Of a DNA stretch of 38,873 nucleotides, positions 18,612-29,290 are shown in pieces; the first letter of the stretch is position 1; the number at the start of each line of letters is the position of its first letter. The DNA is taken from NCBI GenBank assembly GCA_900299405.1, contig OMJP01000010.1, positions 1 through 38,873 of the forward strand, written 5' to 3'. Source of the stretch: a bacterium. GTDB lineage: Bacteria; Patescibacteriota; Microgenomatia; UBA1400; PJMF01. The notes below the pieces were generated by a model. The model was given only the letters and a program-made list of their open reading frames with translations. It made no database searches and was not told the origin of the DNA. Position numbers and translations under genes: made by a program.

Positions 18612-19345
18612 TAACCTAGACAGTTTGAGAGAGGCTGGCTCGGTGGCTTTTGCTGTTTTTCCTCAAGTATTTGCGCTTTTAGCTGCCTATCTGTGCCGCC
18701 GTTTTTCTCGGTTATTCTCTATTTATTTCCCTCGGTATGTTTTCTTGATTGCTACTTGAGAGCTACTTGAGTAAGTTGTTTATCGGTAGTGCCCGGTAGT
18801 GGCTTAAGCTAGTTGGACGGCCAAAAACCGCCAAAATCCTATTGATCACTTTTAGCAATAAAGATTGATGTATCAAGCTAATTCTTTTAGACGACCTACC
18901 CATCGTTTTCGCCAGAAAAAGCCGTTTTTGAGCCGCTAAGAAGCCTAAAAATTGCCTGGTGTTCATAGCGGTCTGAGCCCGTTGGTATTGGGATTGTTAA
19001 TCACCTTTGCTGAAATGACTTTGATCAATCGATTAGTCTTTGCCGATTGAGTTTTATTCGAGTTAATTGTCGCCGCGATCACCAAGTATAACTAAAGTTT
19101 TTTTTCAAGTTGACCCGAGTGATAATCATCAGCGGCCAACATCCTGTTTGCTGTGATTTTTATATCGAATAGGGCTTTAGATATCATAATATGTCAGGAA
19201 AAATAGACTGACTTATCAGAAATTTTTGCCTATTATCGCTATTAGCACCAGACAGGGGAGTCTGACAAAATCTCATAGTATCTGCACTCACCGACGGCGA
19301 ATTTTTCCTTGATTCACTCCCCTTTTGTGCTTGTTTGGTTGATCT

Positions 19346-19374
19346 TTGACTGTGCTGCTCTTTTCTTCTACGAT
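19346..19374 (+). promoter_or_regulatory. Sigma70-type promoter of the xer gene
   Basis: TTGACT-17 bp-TACGAT, ending 10 nt before ATG 19385. Confidence 0.6.
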
Positions 19375-19384
19375 GAAGTTACCG

Positions 19385-20323
19385 ATGGCAAGCAAAACTA
19401 TCCCCTCTCCGGCTATGATGGATTTTTTGGAATCTTTGGAGGTGGAACGTAATCTCTCTCCCCTAACGATCCGCAACTACCACCATTATTTGGAGCGCTT
19501 CAATGCCTGGTTCGCGGAGCAGGGATATAAATCCATCGAGGAACTCGATAAAGACATCTTGAGGAAGTACAGGATCTACCTCTCGAGGTATGTCGATGAG
19601 CAAAACAGGACACTCTCGAAGAAGACCCAGAGTTATCACATCATTGCGTTGCGCTCTTGGCTCAAGTGGCTAGTCAAAAACGACGCCAAGGTGCTGCACC
19701 CCGAGAAAGTCGACCTGCCCAAGGCAGAATCGATTCCGATGAAGTTTGTTTCCGCCGAGAAAATTCAGCGTCTACTCGATGAGCCAGACGTCACTGACGA
19801 CCAAGGTCTGCGCGATCGAGCGATTCTCGAGGTACTGTTCTCGACTGGTTTGCGGGTTAGCGAGCTGGTGAGCCTGAATCGTGACCAGATCGACCTGGAC
19901 CGCCGCGAATTTGGCGTGATCGGTAAAGGCAGACGCCCTCGAGTAGTTTTCCTGAGCGACGCGGCAGCAGAATGGCTGGAGCGCTGGCTGGATGCTAGAG
20001 AAGACAACTGGCGGCCGGTCTTCATCCGCTTTTCTGGCAAAAAACCTGATTTACTTGATGATGGTGAGCAAATGAGGCTGACAACCAGAAGTGTCCAGCG
20101 CCTGGTGGATAAATACAGTCGCCGGGCTAGGTTGCCGATTAAGCTCTCTCCGCACGGCATTCGTCACAGTTTCGCGACCGACCTACTCAGTAATGGCGCC
20201 GGCTTGCGCGACGTTCAGGAAATGCTGGGCCACAAAAACATCGCCACGACGCAAATCTATACCCACGTCACCCAACCACAACTGAGAAAAGTTCACGAAA
20301 AACATCACTCACAGACACAATAG
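19385..20323 (+). CDS. XerC/XerD-family tyrosine recombinase
   Basis: SAM-like N-domain (FL..L..ERN.S..TI.NY); full catalytic set TGLRVSEL, GKG, HGIRHSFAT, LGH, TTQIYTHV. Confidence 0.95.
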   Translation: MASKTIPSPAMMDFLESLEVERNLSPLTIRNYHHYLERFNAWFAEQGYKSIEELDKDILRKYRIYLSRYVDEQNRTLSKKTQSYHIIALRSWLKWLVKNDAKVLHPEKVDLPKAESIPMKFVSAEKIQRLLDEPDVTDDQGLRDRAILEVLFSTGLRVSELVSLNRDQIDLDRREFGVIGKGRRPRVVFLSDAAAEWLERWLDAREDNWRPVFIRFSGKKPDLLDDGEQMRLTTRSVQRLVDKYSRRARLPIKLSPHGIRHSFATDLLSNGAGLRDVQEMLGHKNIATTQIYTHVTQPQLRKVHEKHHSQTQ

Positions 20324-20503
20324 TTGTTGTTGTTAGCTATATAAAAACATTAGTAAATATTTAGTAACTACTTGATACATTAATGATAGTTTTAAAAATA
20401 TTTAAGTAGGCTTTTGATTTAGTTAAAATTACGGTAAAATTCAGCTAGACAAACAGCTTCTTTAACAAGTTCGTTATTCGTTGGCCACTTATTCGCCCAC
20501 CAA

Positions 20504-20523
20504 TTACCCACCATGGTGGGTAA
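20504..20523. repeat. Perfect 20-bp palindrome inside a longer imperfect inverted repeat
   Basis: TTACCCACCA-TGGTGGGTAA, flanked by GCCACTTA...TAAGTGGC. Confidence 0.85.
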
Positions 20524-20847
20524 AAAGTGAATAAATTAAGTGGCAAATTGTTGAAACTAATGGCCACTACTGCCCTTTATCCACATTTCAGACGTAAATT
20601 CTCTAGGACTTTAGCAGACAAAGTGAAACTCTGCTAATTGGTGATTTTGATAACAAATTATGATATATCAATCCTTTTTTGCAGTATTTTCTTTAAATTT
20701 CACTCGATTTTGTTCATAAATATCACACCAAAGCGGACGTTTGGACATAAACAAACAAGATCAAAAAAGATCAGTTTTTCCACCAATCTCGCATGATATT
20801 CTTGAGTAGTGATGATACAATCACTTCGTTCTTAAACAACGGAAATA

Positions 20848-20920
20848 GGGCCTGTGGCGCAGCTGGTAGCGCGTCTGTATGGCATACAGAAGGTCAGGGG
20901 TTCGAGCCCCCTCAGGTCCA
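20848..20920 (+). tRNA. tRNA-Ala (anticodon GGC), CCA not encoded
   Basis: Acceptor GGGCCTG/CAGGTCC with G3:U70, anticodon arm TCTGT-ATGGCAT-ACAGA with the A32-U38 pair typical of tRNA-Ala(GGC), T arm AGGGG-TTCGAGC-CCCCT. Confidence 0.96.
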
Positions 20921-20944
20921 CAAAAGTTTGATTAGATTGAGAAA

Positions 20945-23701
20945 TTAACTCTTCTTCTCTTCCTCTTCTTCCAGCTCAGAAGTCAGAGCGACGGCTACAA
21001 CAGCGTTGTCTTTGGCGAGTTTCATCAAAATGACACCTTGAGTGGGTCGAGTGAGGGTGGGAATTGATTTTTTGCTGATGGGTAGCTTGATGGTTTGGCC
21101 GTCTTTGGTGCTGATCACGACTTCTTTGTGAGCTTCCTCGAGCACTCTAGCGGAAGCGACTTTGCCAGTCTTTTTGGTGATCTCAGAGACCTTGACTCCC
21201 AGGCCAGAGCGTTTTTGCACTGGATATTGATCCAAAGTAGTGCGTTTGCCCATGCCGTTTTCGGTGACGATCAGCAGTGAGGTTTTGGCCAGGTGGTCTT
21301 TATCATTGGGGAAAGCCTCCACGCCGACCACAAAATCATCTTTTTTGAGAGTAATACCCTTTACACCCTTGGTGTCGCGCTGGGAAGCCTTGACCTCTTC
21401 CTCGCTAAAGCGAATCGATTTACCGTCGTGAGTGATGAGCATCAGGTGGTCTTTGCCACTGGTCACCCTGCCCCAAACCAGCTCGTCGCCGTCGTTGAGG
21501 GTGATGGCGACAATGCCGTTTTGGCGGATGTTTTCGTAAAGTTTGACCGCAGTTTTCTTTACCAAACCATTGCGAGTAGCCAAAGTAATGAAATGGTCTT
21601 TATTTTCTTCTTCCTGGTCGACGATCAGCACCGAGCGCACGTTTTCCTCTGGCTGCATGCTGAGTAGATTGACGATTGCGGTCCCCTTCGCTTGTCTGGA
21701 AGCCTCTGGAATCTCGAAAGCCTTCATCCGGAATACCCTACCCTGGTTGGTAAAGATCATCAGCGTGTCGTGAGTGTTGCAGCTGATCACTGCTTGGAGG
21801 ACGTCTTCCTCTTTCATTTTCAGGCCAGCTGCCCCCTTCCCTCCTCTGGATTGGGAGCGCAGGGCTCCGGGATTCATCCGTTTGACGTAACCGCTTTCAG
21901 TGAGGGTAACCACCGCGGCTTCGTTGGCCACTAGGTCTTCTTCGCTAAACTCGCCGACTTTGCCTTTCACTAGCTTGGTCAGGCGCTCGTCACCATAAGT
22001 CTCGATCATTTCCTCGGTTTCAGTGATGATCAGGTCGAGAATATCTTGAGTAGAGGTTAGCAGTTTTAGCAAAGCATCCATCTGTTCTTTGATGGCTTGG
22101 TACTCGTCCTCGATCTTTTTGCGCTCCAGAGCGGCCAGGCGCTTGAGCTGCATGTCGAGAATTGCCGTAGCCTGGATTTCGCTGAGTTTGAATTTCTTCA
22201 TCAAGGCCTCGCGAGCCGCCTCGGTATCTTGCGATTTCTTGATCGTTTCGATGACGTCGTCGAGATTTTGCAAAGCAATCAGCAAGCCCTCCAAAATGTG
22301 GGCACGATTGCGGGCTTCGTTGAGCTCGTATTGGCTGCGTTTGACCACTACTGTTTGGCGGTGGACGACGTATTCGCGCAAAATCTGGCGCAAGTTCATC
22401 AGCTGTGGAGTGCCATCGCTGTTGAGCGCCACCATGTTGGCCGAGAAAGTCGATTGCAGGTCGGAGTATTTGAAGAGCTTGTTGAGCACCACTTTGGGTC
22501 TGGCAGTGCGGCTGAGTTCGATCACCACTCTCATACCAGTACGGTCTGATTCATCGCGCAGATTTTTGATGCCTTCGACTTTTTTGTTTTTGACCAAGTC
22601 AGCGATCTTCATCAGCATTCGGGCTTTGTTCACCTGGTAAGGCAGCTCAGTTACCACGATTTTGTAGCCACTCTTACCGTCTTCCTCGATCGAGGCTTTG
22701 GCGCGCACCACGATCCTGCCCTTGCCAGTACGGTAGGCTTCTTGGATCGCTTTGAAGTCATACATGATGCCCGCAGTGGGAAAATCAGGACCCTGGATGT
22801 GAGTCATCAGGGTGTCGAACTCGATTTCACTGTTGAATTCACCGGTGAGCTCTTCTGGCTTGGCGGCCAAAACAGCATCGATCGCCTCATTGTCAGCTAT
22901 TTCCTGACTACCGATCTTGGCTTTTTTGGCTTTGGCCGAGGCAGCTTGGGCTTTTTTCAGTTGCTCAGCAGTGAGTACAGGCTTTTCGACCTCTGATTTA
23001 CCCTCTTTGATCATGGCAATGATGGCATTGCTGACTTCGGTCAGGTTATGAGGTGGAATCTTGGTAGCCATGCCGACCGCAATACCCTCGGAACCCATTA
23101 GCAACAGATTGGGAATGCGGGTGGGTAGCACTGCGGGCTCTTGGAGCGAGCCATCAAAGTTATCGACAAAAGGGACGGTTTCTTTATTGATGTCTGCCAG
23201 TAGTTCCTGAGCAATCTTGGCCATTCTGGCTTCGGTGTAACGCATGGCAGCGGGATTGTCGCCGTCGACCGAGCCGAAGTTACCCTGACCATCGACCAAG
23301 GGATAACGCATGCTGAAGTCTTGTGCCAAACGCACCATCGCCATGTAGACTGAGGAATCACCATGGGGGTGATATTTACCCAAGACGTCTCCGACAATCC
23401 GAGCTGATTTTTTGTAAGCGCTGGTCGGACCGATGCCACTTTTGTGCATCGAGTAAAGGATCCGGCGGTGGACCGGCTTCATGCCGTCACGCACATCTGG
23501 TAATGCTCGAGAGACAATGACGCTCATGGCGTAATCGAGGTAAGACTTCTCCATCTCGGACACAATCGAGGTATGCTTCACTCGACCGTAATCGGTTTCT
23601 TCGATTTGACCAATCTTGGCGCCGTTGCCGTTTTGCTCTGCAGCCTCAGTCATTTCTTCTTGTTCTTCTGCTGGTAGTTGTTTTTCTTGATCGTCTGCCA
23701 T
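20945..23701 (-). CDS. gyrA: DNA gyrase subunit A
   Basis: [30 protein letters not shown] catalytic Tyr, GyrA box QSRGGKG, beta-pinwheel repeats, acidic tail. Confidence 0.97.
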   Translation of the reverse strand: MADDQEKQLPAEEQEEMTEAAEQNGNGAKIGQIEETDYGRVKHTSIVSEMEKSYLDYAMSVIVSRALPDVRDGMKPVHRRILYSMHKSGIGPTSAYKKSARIVGDVLGKYHPHGDSSVYMAMVRLAQDFSMRYPLVDGQGNFGSVDGDNPAAMRYTEARMAKIAQELLADINKETVPFVDNFDGSLQEPAVLPTRIPNLLLMGSEGIAVGMATKIPPHNLTEVSNAIIAMIKEGKSEVEKPVLTAEQLKKAQAASAKAKKAKIGSQEIADNEAIDAVLAAKPEELTGEFNSEIEFDTLMTHIQGPDFPTAGIMYDFKAIQEAYRTGKGRIVVRAKASIEEDGKSGYKIVVTELPYQVNKARMLMKIADLVKNKKVEGIKNLRDESDRTGMRVVIELSRTARPKVVLNKLFKYSDLQSTFSANMVALNSDGTPQLMNLRQILREYVVHRQTVVVKRSQYELNEARNRAHILEGLLIALQNLDDVIETIKKSQDTEAAREALMKKFKLSEIQATAILDMQLKRLAALERKKIEDEYQAIKEQMDALLKLLTSTQDILDLIITETEEMIETYGDERLTKLVKGKVGEFSEEDLVANEAAVVTLTESGYVKRMNPGALRSQSRGGKGAAGLKMKEEDVLQAVISCNTHDTLMIFTNQGRVFRMKAFEIPEASRQAKGTAIVNLLSMQPEENVRSVLIVDQEEENKDHFITLATRNGLVKKTAVKLYENIRQNGIVAITLNDGDELVWGRVTSGKDHLMLITHDGKSIRFSEEEVKASQRDTKGVKGITLKKDDFVVGVEAFPNDKDHLAKTSLLIVTENGMGKRTTLDQYPVQKRSGLGVKVSEITKKTGKVASARVLEEAHKEVVISTKDGQTIKLPISKKSIPTLTRPTQGVILMKLAKDNAVVAVALTSELEEEEEKKS

Positions 23702-23724
23702 ATTAATTAGTAGTTAAGGGTTGT

Positions 23725-24669
23725 TTATTTTTCTAAAGCCTTTTCGATTGCCGGAGCGATTTCTTTTTTACGAGACATTTTCGGTCCGATATTGAGGATG
23801 TTGTTTTTTACTTGGCCGCCAAAGGCTTTTTCTGCTACTGCTGCCTCATCATCTCCCAGGATAAGCAATTTGGTGTTCACTTGCAAAATATCGGTAATGG
23901 CGACGAACAGCAGCTCGACATCTTCTGCTTGCTTTACTTTGTTCATCGCTGCCAGTAGAGCCTCTTTTTTTTCTGCCAAAATCTCGGCTTGTTCGACAGT
24001 TTCCAGCTGGTCGATAAAGGTCGACCTAGCAAAACCAAAGACTTTGTAGTCATTGCGGACGATTTCCTCGTCACTGAGAGAAGAAACATCTGATTTGGCC
24101 TTGAAAATCTCCAAGGTAAAAGCCTCGACATCAGCAATGCCCGCCAGTTCAGCCAGCTCAGCGCCGAATTTACGATCCTGATCAGTAGTGGTGGCTGATT
24201 TATAACCGACAGTGTCAGATAAAATTGCTGCCAACATCAAGCCAGCCAAAGTTTGGTCAGGCTTAACCCCCTCTCGCTTCATGAGGAAATAGACAATGGT
24301 CGAGGTTGAGCCCCAAGCTTTGAAGTTCAAGAAAATCGGCTGAGTAAAACTGAAGCTAGGCTTATGATGATCCACGATTTCTGCGATCTGCTCGACCGGC
24401 AAGTCATTGAGGTGCTGTGACTCTTCGTTGTGATCCACCAGCACGATCTTGTCGTCTTCATTGATTGCTTCAGCTGTGATCTGGCGCGGAGCTTCCACCC
24501 CAAACTTCTCGAACACAAAACTGGTTTCCGGATTCAGCGGATCGACAATTACTGCCTCGGGATTTTCATAACCAAAGGAAGGCTCTTGCTTGAACAAATC
24601 TTCCAAAGCCATCGCGGCGACGACTGCGTCGGTGTCTGGTTTCTGGTGGCCGATGATATAGGTTTTCAT
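23725..24669 (-). CDS. ppaC: Family II Mn-dependent inorganic pyrophosphatase
   Basis: GHQKPDTD, LVDHN, IVDHH, ILSDT, SRKK motifs. Confidence 0.94.
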   Translation of the reverse strand: MKTYIIGHQKPDTDAVVAAMALEDLFKQEPSFGYENPEAVIVDPLNPETSFVFEKFGVEAPRQITAEAINEDDKIVLVDHNEESQHLNDLPVEQIAEIVDHHKPSFSFTQPIFLNFKAWGSTSTIVYFLMKREGVKPDQTLAGLMLAAILSDTVGYKSATTTDQDRKFGAELAELAGIADVEAFTLEIFKAKSDVSSLSDEEIVRNDYKVFGFARSTFIDQLETVEQAEILAEKKEALLAAMNKVKQAEDVELLFVAITDILQVNTKLLILGDDEAAVAEKAFGGQVKNNILNIGPKMSRKKEIAPAIEKALEK

Positions 24670-24683
24670 AATTAGTTAATAGT

Positions 24684-26771
<2,088 letters not shown>

Positions 26772-26776
26772 TCATT

Positions 26777-27472
26777 CTAATCTAAAGTGAGTCGATGTAT
26801 GGCAAATAGAAAGTGTTCCAAGACTAACCTCACATTACCATTTTTCTCCAATGAATCAAGAGCTGCTGAGAGATTTTTCATGATGGCTGGCGATAATTTG
26901 GTTTGTCCAGTAGCAGCTTGATAAATGACCGAGCGCAGAGTTTTCTGAGCGACGTCACGATCTTTGAGTTTTTCTGCCAAATCGATGACGTGCTGGTAGG
27001 AAAACTGTTGTGGTTGGGCGAGAAATTTTTGTAGCAGCTCAAGCTCGGCGCTGGGTTGCTGTTTTTCATCAGCCTGGTTGGCGGGGCTGGTCCACAAAAT
27101 CTCTCGGCAGCGGGAAACAATGGTGGGTAGTAACTGGTGGCCGGAACGAGCCACCAAAATGACCTGTGAATTGCTGGGCGGCTCTTCGATTAGTTTGAGC
27201 AAAGCATTTTGGGCTGCCAAGGTGGCCGTTTGGGCGCCACATAGCACCACACCCTGCTGTTCATCTTTTCCCCTAGAGAAACCCAAGTGGCTCACGATCT
27301 CCCTCACCAAATCAATTTTGACCGTCTCCCCTGCCCCATTGAAATAAATCGCTTGTGAGTTCTGCTGTTGCTCTGCTAAAAAATCTTTAGCCGCCTGCTG
27401 GTGATCGACTCCTTCTGGAACAACGAGCAAGATTGATACAGAAAGATTGGCTGACGCTGCTTTTTTTCCCAT
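26777..27472 (-). CDS. holB: DNA polymerase III delta-prime-like clamp loader subunit
   Basis: IDLVREI, AQNALLKLIEEPP, LPTIVSRC (SRC motif). Confidence 0.78.
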   Translation of the reverse strand: MGKKAASANLSVSILLVVPEGVDHQQAAKDFLAEQQQNSQAIYFNGAGETVKIDLVREIVSHLGFSRGKDEQQGVVLCGAQTATLAAQNALLKLIEEPPSNSQVILVARSGHQLLPTIVSRCREILWTSPANQADEKQQPSAELELLQKFLAQPQQFSYQHVIDLAEKLKDRDVAQKTLRSVIYQAATGQTKLSPAIMKNLSAALDSLEKNGNVRLVLEHFLFAIHRLTLD

Positions 27473-27499
27473 AGTGTTTGTGTCATTATATTACAGACT

Positions 27500-29272
27500 A
27501 TGAATAAGCCTGCCCAGGTTACTCCAGCAGCTGATTTTTCTGTTTCGCCGCAAAACTTTCTTGACGTGTTGGTCAAAGAAGGTAAACTGACGGCCGAGCA
27601 GGTCAGCCAGGTGCGCAACAAACAGTTGCAGACTGGCGGTGGTTACGAAGATATTTTGCAGCAGGACAAATTGGCTACCGAGCTGGAAATCGTCGAAGCC
27701 AAAGCAAAACTCAACGACATTCCTCTAATTCGCATCGCGGAAACTAGTGTTTCTCCAGAGGCACTCAATGTTGTCGGCGAGGGGGTAGCTCAGCGCTATC
27801 AGGCCTTGCCTTTCACTTATGACAAACAAAACGGAATTCTCAAAGTGGCGATGGCTGACCCACTGGATTTGTCAGCCACCAACTTTTTAAAACAAAAAAC
27901 AGGCATGAGTCTGGAGCTTTACTATGCCCTGCCCTCTGAGCTGGGCCGGGCGCTGACCGAGCGCTACTCCCAAGATATTTCTTCGGAAGTGACTCAGGCT
28001 CTGGAGCAATCCGATGGCCCTGCCGAACAAGTAGTCAAAGAAACCTCGGCGGCTTCCCGAGCGGAAGTGGTTCGCGATGCGCCAGTCAATAGAATCGTCG
28101 AGACGATTTTGGAGTTTGCGATCAAGGCCAGAGCTTCTGATATTCACGTCGAGCCTCAGGCTGGCAGGACCAGGATTCGTTACCGGATTGATGGTTTGTT
28201 GACCGAGAAACTAGTGCTCCCCAAAAGTGTTCACGATGCGGTGGTGTCGCGGATCAAGATCTTGGCCAATTTGAAGATCGATGAGCGACGTTTGCCACAG
28301 GATGGACGGTTCAATTACAGTGCCGAAGGTAAAGAGATTGATCTGCGTGTGTCGAGCTTGCCGACGATTTATGGTGAGAAAGTAGTGATGCGGTTGCTGG
28401 AGAAAAACACGGCGGTGCCGTCGTTGGAAGATTTGGGTCTCCATGGCTTGGCCCTGCAGTGGGTGCAGGAAAGCATCAAAGTGCCCCGTGGGATTATTTT
28501 GGTAACTGGTCCGACTGGATCTGGTAAGACCACGACGCTTTACTCGATTCTGCACAAAATCAATACTCCTAAAGTCAACATCATGACGATCGAGGATCCG
28601 GTCGAGTATCAGATCACTGGTGTCAGTCAGGTGCAGGTCAACCCTCAGGCTGGACTGACTTTTGCCAATGGTTTGCGGTCTTTTTTGCGGCAGGATCCTG
28701 ACGTGATCATGGTCGGAGAAATTCGTGATACTGAAACGGCCGAGTTGGCGGTTCAGGCCTCGCTGACTGGTCACTTGGTGTTCTCTACCCTACATACTTC
28801 GTCGGCTGCTGGAGCTTTGCCGCGGTTGTTGGACATGGGGGCCGAGCCCTTTTTGCTCTCCTCCACTATTACGATGATCATGGCGCAGCGGGTGGTGCGG
28901 CGCATCAATCCTGAATTCCGAGAAGAATACACTCCAGATCCAGCAGTAGTGGAAGACATCAAGCAGGTCTTGGGAGAGCGCTACACTCAGTGGTGCCAGC
29001 AGAACCAACGCGATCCGAATAACCCAATTCTCTATCGACCTTCAAGCGACATTCCTGCTACTGAATCTGATTATTTGGGCAGAGTCGGTATTTTTGAAGT
29101 TTTGCCAGTCACTGAGCAGGTCAGTCATTTGATTACCCAGAAAGCCTCTGACGCAGAGATCGAAAAGGTGGCCTTAGCCAACGGGATGTTGCTGATGAAG
29201 CAGGACGGTTATCTCAAGGCTTTGGCTGGTATTACAACAATTGAGGAAGTATTACGGGTAGCTGAAGTTTAA
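27500..29272 (+). CDS. pilB: Type IV pilus extension ATPase (PilB/GspE)
   Basis: N-terminal domain with MADP, ASDIHVEP, RRLPQDGR, GPTGSGKTTTLY, LRQDPD, TGHLVFSTLH. Confidence 0.95.
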   Translation: MNKPAQVTPAADFSVSPQNFLDVLVKEGKLTAEQVSQVRNKQLQTGGGYEDILQQDKLATELEIVEAKAKLNDIPLIRIAETSVSPEALNVVGEGVAQRYQALPFTYDKQNGILKVAMADPLDLSATNFLKQKTGMSLELYYALPSELGRALTERYSQDISSEVTQALEQSDGPAEQVVKETSAASRAEVVRDAPVNRIVETILEFAIKARASDIHVEPQAGRTRIRYRIDGLLTEKLVLPKSVHDAVVSRIKILANLKIDERRLPQDGRFNYSAEGKEIDLRVSSLPTIYGEKVVMRLLEKNTAVPSLEDLGLHGLALQWVQESIKVPRGIILVTGPTGSGKTTTLYSILHKINTPKVNIMTIEDPVEYQITGVSQVQVNPQAGLTFANGLRSFLRQDPDVIMVGEIRDTETAELAVQASLTGHLVFSTLHTSSAAGALPRLLDMGAEPFLLSSTITMIMAQRVVRRINPEFREEYTPDPAVVEDIKQVLGERYTQWCQQNQRDPNNPILYRPSSDIPATESDYLGRVGIFEVLPVTEQVSHLITQKASDAEIEKVALANGMLLMKQDGYLKALAGITTIEEVLRVAEV

Positions 29273-29290
29273 AAATCTGGAGTTAAATCT

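Noticed and set aside
18275-18966. Short minus-strand ORFs (105, 88 and 67 aa) in the dif region
   Set aside because: No motifs or start signals, two overlap the dif-like site, and they are likely chance ORFs
19160-19186. Second dif-like inverted repeat TTATATCGAAT-AGGGC-TTTAGATATCA
   Set aside because: 5-bp spacer, AT-rich, and no similarity to the ACGTCG arms
17931-19345. CRISPR array or known structural RNA (tmRNA, RNase P, SRP) in the long intergenic region
   Set aside because: No regularly spaced 25-45 bp repeats and no hallmark motifs recognised; an Rfam scan is still needed to exclude divergent RNAs
19385-20323. Integron integrase
   Set aside because: No clear IntI-specific insertion and no attC cassette array seen
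19385-20920. Tyrosine recombinase next to tRNA-Ala(GGC) as a prophage or island integrase
   Set aside because: The gene lies 5' of the tRNA, no duplicated tRNA end or phage/cargo genes were seen, and the protein has Xer length with no arm-binding domain
22832-22999. Intein in GyrA
   Set aside because: Too short, and lacks the N-terminal Cys/Ser block and C-terminal His-Asn plus nucleophile
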